Made by a program: the position numbers and the translations under genes. Under the pieces are notes generated by a model that was given only the letters and a program-made list of their open reading frames with translations, made no database searches and was not told where the DNA came from. A DNA stretch of 64,000 nt from Macrostomum lignano (Eukaryota): assembly GCA_002269645.1 (NCBI GenBank), contig NIVC01000667.1:248001-312000 (forward strand). Direction: 5' to 3'. This document shows, piece after piece, positions 50,765 through 64,000 of this stretch; the first letter of the stretch is position 1; the number at the start of each line of letters is the position of its first letter.

Positions 50765-51745
50765 TCAGCGAGCCCAGACTGTCAGGTACTCTGCAGCCTC
50801 AGCCGACTCGCCGCTCCATTTGTAGTTAGGGTCTCCTCCGTTATTAAAAATAATCCAAGGCGGCTGACAAGGTAAGCTGTTAAGCCAGTCGCAGTTGTAA
50901 GCTCGAGAATCGTATGCAAACAACAGCCCCCGTGATTTGTCACAGCCACCGGAGATGAAGTTTATGAAGAATCTTAAATCGTAACCGTCATGACCTTTAA
51001 TGCTGAATATATCAAACGACCGGTTTCTCAAGTCGGGCACGGGCCAGCTGTAGACGAGGTGGCTCCAGTGGAACCAGTTCTCCCTGTCGATGGAGTCGCC
51101 CAGACCGGACACGTCGAACACCAGCTTCACCGCCACCTCCCCGCCAGGCCTGTACAAGCACACAATGAGCTGCTTGAAGGCCAGGGCTCGCAGCAGACTC
51201 GGCATTCTGTCCAGCAGGCCGGACCTGAAGCTGTCCGGCAGCAGAGGGGAATCCATCGACTGCAGCAGCAGCCGCTCGCTGCTGGACGCCGCATCGCCGC
51301 CTGTGAACAGCTGCCATGACTTCACTCCGCTGCCGGCCTTGATTGAGAACACAAGGAACGCCTTCGAGTCAGCTGACCTCACCAGAACAAGCAGGGGAGT
51401 CGGTCGCCGAGCTGATTCCGACTTGTTGATCAGCTTGAAGCGCTGGCACGAAGCAGAGACGATGCGGCACTCGCTGATGGAGTTGTGGTTTGGTGAGCTC
51501 ATCATGACGAGTGCAGCTGGAGCAGCTGTGGCATTCTGGCTGGCAATGAGTGCACAGGTGAGTGGGCTTGAGGTGGCCACCGTGACAGAGTCGCCTGCTT
51601 CATCAGCTGTGCTGTTGGAGTCGCTGCAGTCCGGCTGCAGGCTGTAGTTTTGGTAGCGACGGAGACCGCCGGTGCACTGCTGCGCGATCTGGCCCGAGGC
51701 TGAGCAAGGGCTGCTCAGAAGCGATGCGAGCAGTAGAATTAGCAT
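50765..51745 (-). CDS. Intronless secreted protein, 326 aa; Cys-containing N-terminal part plus an uncharacterised C-terminal domain
   Basis: ATG-to-TGA ORF with GC-rich codons; signal peptide MLILLLASLLSSPCSA; C-terminal NWF...DL...FSIKG...RFFIN...GGC...C.W pattern resembles an unnamed invertebrate domain as recalled, not verified. Confidence 0.8.
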   Translation of the reverse strand: MLILLLASLLSSPCSASGQIAQQCTGGLRRYQNYSLQPDCSDSNSTADEAGDSVTVATSSPLTCALIASQNATAAPAALVMMSSPNHNSISECRIVSASCQRFKLINKSESARRPTPLLVLVRSADSKAFLVFSIKAGSGVKSWQLFTGGDAASSSERLLLQSMDSPLLPDSFRSGLLDRMPSLLRALAFKQLIVCLYRPGGEVAVKLVFDVSGLGDSIDRENWFHWSHLVYSWPVPDLRNRSFDIFSIKGHDGYDLRFFINFISGGCDKSRGLLFAYDSRAYNCDWLNSLPCQPPWIIFNNGGDPNYKWSGESAEAAEYLTVWAR

Positions 51746-52419
51746 GTTTCTCAGGTCTGTCTCCTAGACCTCGAAATCAGCAGTAGGCCTGATATTGTAG
51801 AAACCCTTCCTTTAAGGCGCTTTCTAGCAGGTGTCTTAGCTACCGGCAACCGGCAGGTTAAAATGGGAATGCTTTTAAATTTGTTTGACAAAACATTAAA
51901 AGCCGTGTATATGTGTTGGAACTGGCTCTACAGGCTTGGAAGTTGCTACCCTGCAGTTTCCAATTCCCAGAATAGCCACGCCAATTACAAAACGCGAAGT
52001 CAATTGTTTTATTGACTCAATTCACCAAAACGCACGTGTGCAGAGCATTAAATGTGTAAACAAAATCCCATTTAAACACCAAACATGGGCATGCAACGGA
52101 TGCCTATGCTCTTGACTAAGCTGCAGGAGGCATTTGGCCGATGCAGCGATCAGGCGGAGGAGACCGCCCATTTCGCTAGCACCTGGCGACCCAACGGATG
52201 CCTATACGAGTTACTGTGTCTGAATTATCAAGTCAGCAACGCGCGTGCCAACTAAACAGCTACATGGTATAGTAACACCAGTTCCACTAGCTATACATTT
52301 ATAATGTACATCTGCATGTACACATGTACATGTAAAATTCATGTACATGTATATCCACAGCAACTCACAAAGCCCCCAGTTGACACGTATATGTACAACC
52401 ACTAAAAACGTCACACCCC

Positions 52420-53110
52420 AAGATTACTTGCACGCCACACCGAAAACACGCCACCCCCAAAACACGCCATCCCCAAAACACGCCACCCCAAAAACACGTC
52501 ACGCCACCCCCAAAACACGCCACCCCAAAGCACGCCACCAACCAAAACACGCCACCCCAAAACACGCCACCCCAAAGCACGCCACCCCCAAAACACGCGC
52601 CACCCCAAAACACGCCACCCCCAAAACACGCCACCCCCAAAACACGCCACCCCAAAACACGCCACCCCAAAAACACGTCACGCCACCCCAAAACACGCCA
52701 CCCCAAAAACACGTCACGCCACCCCCAAAACACGCCACCCCAAAACACGCCACCCCAAAAACACGTCACGCCACCCCCAAAACACGCCACCCCGAAACAC
52801 GCCACCCCAAAACACGCCACCCCAAAACACGCCACCCCAAAAACACGTCACGCCACCCCAAAACACGTCACGCCACCCCCAAAACACGCCACCCCAAAAC
52901 ACGCCACCCCAAAAACACGTCACGCCACCCCAAAACACGCCATCCCCAAAACACGCCACCCCGAAACACGCCACCCCAAAACACGCCACCCCAAAACACG
53001 CCATCCCCAAAACACGCCACCCAAAAACACGCCACCCCAGAAACACGTCACGCCACCAACCAAAACACGTCAATCCCAAAACACGCCACCCCAAAAACAC
53101 GACCCCCCAA
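52420..53110. repeat. 14-15-bp minisatellite (aaaacacgccacccc)
   Basis: Tandem copies with a gtcac insertion variant. Confidence 0.95.
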
Positions 53111-56100
53111 AACGACAGGCAGACGCCAAAAAACAATTGGAATACGATTTATTATTATTTTATTAAATCGACATTACCGAAGATCAAAAAACCTAAGACG
53201 ATAAAAACAAACTTCGGATTTCTGTGTAACAAACAATAGACATTTTAATATTGGTTTTATCAAACAAACAATAATATATATTTAATGAAAAATAGCATAA
53301 AAAGATTAGTAAATTGTTAGTATAGCAATAAAAATTGAATAACCATCATAACGTGACTGCATAATCTTGCTTATAGTTAAAAATCATTTTACTTTCGTTT
53401 TTATATAAATCATATTGATTTTGGTGCGAAAAATGAAAAGAAGAAACACAGTTATAAAGGATAGAACCATAGACAAAGAACTTCAATTCCAGTAAACAAC
53501 ATAGCTTGAATATCTTGGTAACTGCAGTATAAAACAAAAAAATGAATTTTTTTCTCCAGTACTAAAAGCTGAACGCAGCAGTTGCAGACAAAGATATATG
53601 GATTGAATAAGAAACTAATTTACTTTTCTCTTACAAATTAATATTAACAGTAGTTATTTACCCAGGACCATGTAAAATAATGTTTGCGCTATTACACGGA
53701 ACCGTACATATATTATAATATACGCTCGTACATGTAAAGTATTGTAGCAAAATAGCATATAGTATACTAATTAAAGAAGAGTATAGCTGTATAATACTAT
53801 ATATAAAGTACAGTAATTGTATATTAATAGTAAAAAGTAATAATTTAAGCATTAATAAATACTAGAGGTATTTAGTTTTTGTTTAAAGTTCGTGACATTA
53901 GCGCAAATTTGTTTTACACGATCACACGTGCATGTAAATAACGGTGGCCTAACATTATTGCTAGCACCTTGCGCTAAACAAGTGCAATTCTTAGGCATGT
54001 TTTTAATATTTTAACTCACAAGCGATTACAATTGTTTTATAGAGGTTCCATAGTTTCTTTTTTCCTGAAAAACTATATCGATATATTCTGCCTCTATAGC
54101 GATGGCGTCTATTACTGCAAGATTAATGAAGACAGTTTAGTGATAAAAAGAGTCGCCTAATTAGGAGTCAAGAATATTTTCAAGCTTTAAGAAAAGACTG
54201 TGTGTAAAATGTACCAATCAGAGTAGTATAAAAAAGCATAAAATTCCAAAACCATTAGAAGATTATAGCATAATAGGGTTCGTATATATAAATATGCTGA
54301 TTGGCAAACACGAAACGAATAAAACTACAATAAACAGTGTATAAAATAGTGCTCAAAGGAGACGTGATTATTGTTAAACTGATAGCTGAAAAAAGAATCG
54401 CCCGCTATTCCTGGAACAAAAAAAACAAAATTAACAAAAAGGATCAAATACGCAGAGTAAAGCTATTGCAAGTAAAATCGTATAAAAACAAAAGGATATC
54501 AAAAGCCAGACGAGATCGAGACACAGATGATGCACTGATTAAAAATTCATATTTGACAATACCAAAAGAGACTTTTTTTAAATCGGAGCGGATAAAACAA
54601 ATCCAGTCAGCTGGACTAGGCGCGCAAAAAAATGTGATTGAATAACGGAAGAAACCAAACCAAACCATCATATTCGCAGTTTTAAAAATCCGTAAACAAA
54701 ATTTACAAAACTTTTTTTAAAAAGCAACACGTCGCACAAAAACAAAAAGACAATAGAAAACTTGCAGCTTTAGTAAGAGTTTTATAATCAAAACAAAAAA
54801 TGAGCACAAAAGAAAAGCTTTATTGCAGGATATATATGTTAGCGAAATCCGACACCAAATATAAAACCAGCAGCAAAAATTGCTAATATTTTTATGCATA
54901 TTTTTAATATATATTTCTAGAAAACAACATATTTTGTGAATAATTTGTGTATATAATACAAAAAGATAGTTGAAGGAAACATAGATAATAGCGACGCTTA
55001 CAGAATAGCCATAGGGTCAAATACATAAACACAGATATAGAAAATAAATAAGCAGCAATACCAATTCACCATCTTTATGAAAAGAAGTCGTACCTCAGTC
55101 TAAAATTATCGTGGTTAAGATATCGGTTCATCACAAAAAATAATGCATATATTGTATAGGAAAGGGAAAATTCATAAACAATTTGTAAGGAGACTTAGTA
55201 ACAACACGAAATACCAGTTTGACTAGATTTCATTTATCACAGAAACTACTAAAAAGAGAAAGTCAACCTTGCCAATTTTGGTTAAAATACGCAGGATATG
55301 GTTGCTAGCAGTAGTAAAACACAATTTACAATAAATTAATGCATGCAGATATAAATAGATAGAAAGAGTCAGAAAAACAACCCACAAAATAAACAAAAGT
55401 AGCTATTTCAAAGTAAACATATTACAAATTGATAGTGAAAGTGAAAAGTCCACACCAAAGTATAATGTGCGTGAAAGAAATATAAAAACGGGAAATTCGC
55501 TTAACACGCTACTGAAATTGTGTATGCAGTAATATTGACAGACCATAAAGAAAATTGATTTAAATATAATCTTTCCGGTACGTAAGCGCCATTTCCTCCA
55601 GAGATTTAAAATGCAATACATGAGCTGTCATGATATTTTTACTAAGATGTTGGATCGATAATTTGAATTAGACAAACAATTAAAAAATTACCAAATTGCT
55701 TTTTAATATGTGCGCTTAGGCACGTGAATTAAGAAATAATTTAGGCGCGTTTAAACAAAAATCACAAAACAACAAAATGCGTTTTGCTTTGAAACATCTG
55801 CTTAAAGAAAACGAACAATATCATAAATATCCTTAATTTTTTTCAAAAGCTCATTCATTCTGAGTCTGATCACACTAATAAACATTTTGGAAAGCTTCGG
55901 TAACATTTATATCGCTTTTTGGTCATAAACAACAGACTTAAGATCGAGTTAAAGTTAAGACGCTTAAAAAGGCCATGAATAGTAAAAAATATTACATGTC
56001 CGTGTGCAGAATAAATAATCTCTTAAACTTAAAAAAATCTTTGTTTACTATGCTAGCATGCAAGAATGATTGCATGCTTTTGCCACTGAAAATCTGTGAA

Positions 56101-56919
56101 TCAGCCTCTTGAAATGGTAGCTACGTAGAAAAAATGTTTAACTAACTAAAATTTAAATAGTAAAAACGTCATCTTTAATCGTTTCAAATAAGAATATTGC
56201 TTTTTTTACACAATAGAAACCCAAGCAAAGCCGAATAATTTAAAAGTGACATTATCGACTGCGTGATTGCGATAAAAATCTTTAAGCCACGTGATCAAAC
56301 TTTTTGATGTGTTCAATGTTCAAAAATTGACTAGCTTTGAGTTTGAGCCACATCAAACTTTAACTATACGTAAACTGCGTTCGAGTAGCTTATACTGCTT
56401 CAAACGTTTCGACGTTTTTAAGTATTTCACGTTTAGACGTATCAAAACGTTTAAAATTATGCTATAACAGTTAATATATCAGGACTAAATCAAAGTATCA
56501 CATTAACACGTGCAAATATTCGCACAGATTTAACTTTCGCTAACTATTTATTACCTTTAGTCATTTTACTACTTGTCTGCTTGAATCCAATACTTCTAGT
56601 TAATATTTGGTGCTGTCTACTAGTAACTAATCGGTACTGTTATTAAAACTCGTCTTTTCGATTTATTTTATTAAAAAAATATTGTGACTCACGTGACTCT
56701 TGTTTTTTTAATCTTCAATCGCGCGCTAATTCTTAAACTCGCAACGCAACTCTGGAATGTTGTCGGCAAACATCAAACACATGAAGCGATAAAATATTAA
56801 TGATAAATAATACAGCAGATGATCCTACCTACACCGCACAAACCCCTGTAGATAACTAAAAACACGCGCACACATAAAAAGGAGCCGCCACCAATTATTA
56901 TAAATTAGGCATGTGTACA

Positions 56920-61235
<4,316 letters not shown>

Positions 61236-61384
61236 CTGAAGAGAGGGGGTCATTCAGTCATGAAGTTTCTGACTAGGAAAGTTCACGAACCGGAAAAAAA
61301 CAACAAAAAAATATATTTACTAAAATATCGTAAGAATGATCACCGAACACTAAGCATTCACTAACTTGTAAATAGGATTCACTA

Positions 61385-64000
61385 ATCCAAAGATTCACCA
61401 ACCCGAAGATTCACCAACCCGAAGATTCACCAATAGGAGACACTGATAAGACCCGAAGATTCACCAACCCGAAGATTCACCAATAGGAGACACTGATAAG
61501 ACCCGAAGATTCACCAACCCGAAGATTCACCAATAGGAGACACTGATAAGACCCGAAGATTCACCAAACCGAAGATTATCCAAAAGGAGACACTGATAAG
61601 ATTCACCAAACCGAAGATTCACTAACCCGAAGATTCACTAACCCGAAGATTCACTAACCCAGAGATTCACCAACCCGAAGATTTACTAACACGAAGATTC
61701 ACCAAACCGAAGATTCTCCAATAGGAGACACTGATAAGACCCGAAGATTCACCAAACCGAAGATTATCCAAAAGGAGACACTGATAAGACCCGAAGATTC
61801 ACCAAACCGAAGATTCACTAACCCGAAGATTCACCAAACCGAAGATTCACTAACACGAAGATTCACCAACCCGAAGATTCACCAAACCGAAGATTCACCA
61901 AACCGAAGATTCACCAATAGGAGACACTGATAAGACCCGAAGATTCACCAACCCGAAGATTCACTAACCCGAAGATTCACCAACCCGGAGATTCACCAAC
62001 CCGAAGATTCACTAACCCGAAGATTCACCAACCCGAAGATTTACTAACACGAAGATTCACCAACCCAAAGATTCACTAACACGAAGATTCACCAACCCGA
62101 AGATTTACTAACACGAAGATTCACCAACCCAAAGATTCACTAACACGAAGATTCACCAACCCGAAGATTTACTAACACGAAGATTCACCAACCCAAAGAT
62201 TCACTAACACGAAGATTCACCAAACCGAAGATTCACTAACCCGAAGATTCATTAACCCGAAGATTCACTAACACGAAGATTCACCAACCCGAAGATTCAC
62301 CAAACCGAAGATTCACCAAACCGAAGATTCTCCAATAGGAGACACTGATAAGACCCGAAGATTCACCAACCCGAAGATTCACTAACCCGAAGATTCACCA
62401 ACCCGGAGATTCACCAACCCGAAGATTCACTAACCCGAAGATTCACCAACCCGAAGATTCACTAACACGAAGATTCACCAACCCAAAGATTCACTAACAC
62501 GAAGATTCACCAACCCGAAGATTTACTAACACGAAGATTCACCAAACCGAAGATTCTCCAATAGGAGACACTGATAAGACCCGAAGATTCACCAAACCGA
62601 AGATTATCCAAAAGGAGACACTGATAAGACCCGAAGATTCACCAAACCGAAGATTCACTAACCCGAAGATTCATTAACCCGAAGATTCACTAACACGAAG
62701 ATTCACCAACCCGAAGATTCACCAAACCGAAGATTCACCAAACCGAAGATTCACCAATAGGAGACACTGATAAGACCCGAAGATTCACCAACCCGAAGAT
62801 TCACTAACCCGAAGATTCACCAACCCGGAGATTCACCAACCCGAAGATTCACTAACCCGAAGATTCACCAACCCGAAGATTTACTAACACGAAGATTCAC
62901 CAACCCAAAGATTCACTAACACGAAGATTCACCAACCCGAAGATTTACTAACACGAAGATTCACCAACCCAAAGATTCACTAACACGAAGATTCACCAAC
63001 CCGAAGATTTACTAACACGAAGATTCACCAACCCAAAGATTCACTAACACGAAGATTCACCAAACCGAAGATTCACTAACCCGAAGATTCATTAACCCGA
63101 AGATTCACTAACACGAAGATTCACCAACCCGAAGATTCACCAAACCGAAGATTCACCAAACCGAAGATTCACCAATAGGAGACACTGATAAGACCCGAAG
63201 ATTCACCAACCCGAAGATTCACTAACCCGAAGATTCACCAACCCGGAGATTCACCAACCCGAAGATTCACTAACCCGAAGATTCACCAACCCGAAGATTC
63301 ACTAACACGAAGATTCACCAACCCAAAGATTCACTAACACGAAGATTCACCAACCCGAAGATTTACTAACACGAAGATTCACCAACCCGAAGATTCACTA
63401 ACACGAAGATTCACCAACCCGAAGATTTACTAACACGAAGATTCACCAACCCGAAGATTCACTAACACGAAGATTCACCAACCCGAAGATTTACTAACAC
63501 GAAGATTCACCAACCCGAAGATTCACTAACACGAAGATTCACCAACCCGAAGATTTACTAACACGAAGATTCACCAACCCGAAGATTCACTAACACGAAG
63601 ATTCACCAACCCGAAGATTTACTAACACGAAGATTCACCAACCCGAAGATTCACTAACACGAAGATTCACCAACCCGAAGATTTACTAACACGAAGATTC
63701 ACCAACCCGAAGATTCACTAACACGAAGATTCACCAACCCGAAGATTTACTAACACGAAGATTCACCAACCCGAAGATTTACTAACACGAAGATTCACCA
63801 ACCCGAAGATTTACTAACACGAAGATTCACCAACCCGAAGATTCACTAACACGAAGATTCACCAACCCGAAGATTTACTAACACGAAGATTCACCAACCC
63901 GAAGATTTACTAACACGAAGATTCACCAACCCGAAGATTTACTAACACGAAGATTCACCAACCCGAAGATTTACTAACACGAAGATTCACCAACCCGAAG
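61385..64000. repeat. 16-bp satellite (cgaagattcaccaacc) with higher-order structure, continuing past the window end
   Basis: Monomer variants plus interspersed ggagacactgataagac blocks; lines from 61741 recur at +840 bp. Confidence 0.96.

Noticed and set aside
53130-56919. CPE (UUUUAU) enrichment in a putative long CPEB 3' UTR
   Set aside because: At least 13 sites were seen, but that is about what this A/T composition predicts, and the UTR extent is unknown without RNA data.

Overview
Eukaryotic (metazoan) genomic DNA: GC-rich spliced exons, short GT-AG introns and many intronic minisatellites. The style suggests a free-living flatworm such as Macrostomum; this is inference and was not verified. 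Genes: the last exon of an unknown gene (38-250), a 3-exon PP1 glycogen-targeting subunit (minus), three tandem 9-exon single-domain phospholipase-B1-like (GDSL/SGNH) genes (plus), a divergent intronless RPS18 paralogue, a 3-exon secreted and probably GPI-anchored alpha-carbonic anhydrase, an intronless secreted Cys-containing protein (minus) and the 3' three exons of a CPEB2-4/Orb2-type gene (minus). Mobile DNA: a defective MULE with TIRs and 8-bp TSD, a very young and compact Mag-type Ty3/Gypsy LTR element (LTRs identical by eye, 5-bp TSD) nested in a TIR element that forms one arm of a ~2-kb palindrome, and two MITEs. About 20 different tandem-repeat arrays are present. The most unusual signals are the palindrome with a small gene-like cassette sharing a motif with a neighbouring ORF, a periodic 13-site E-box array in the CPEB intron, patchwork conversion and intron-specific minisatellites in the PLB cluster, a window-wide C-on-plus strand bias of minisatellites, the divergent RPS18 and sharp CpG-free domains.
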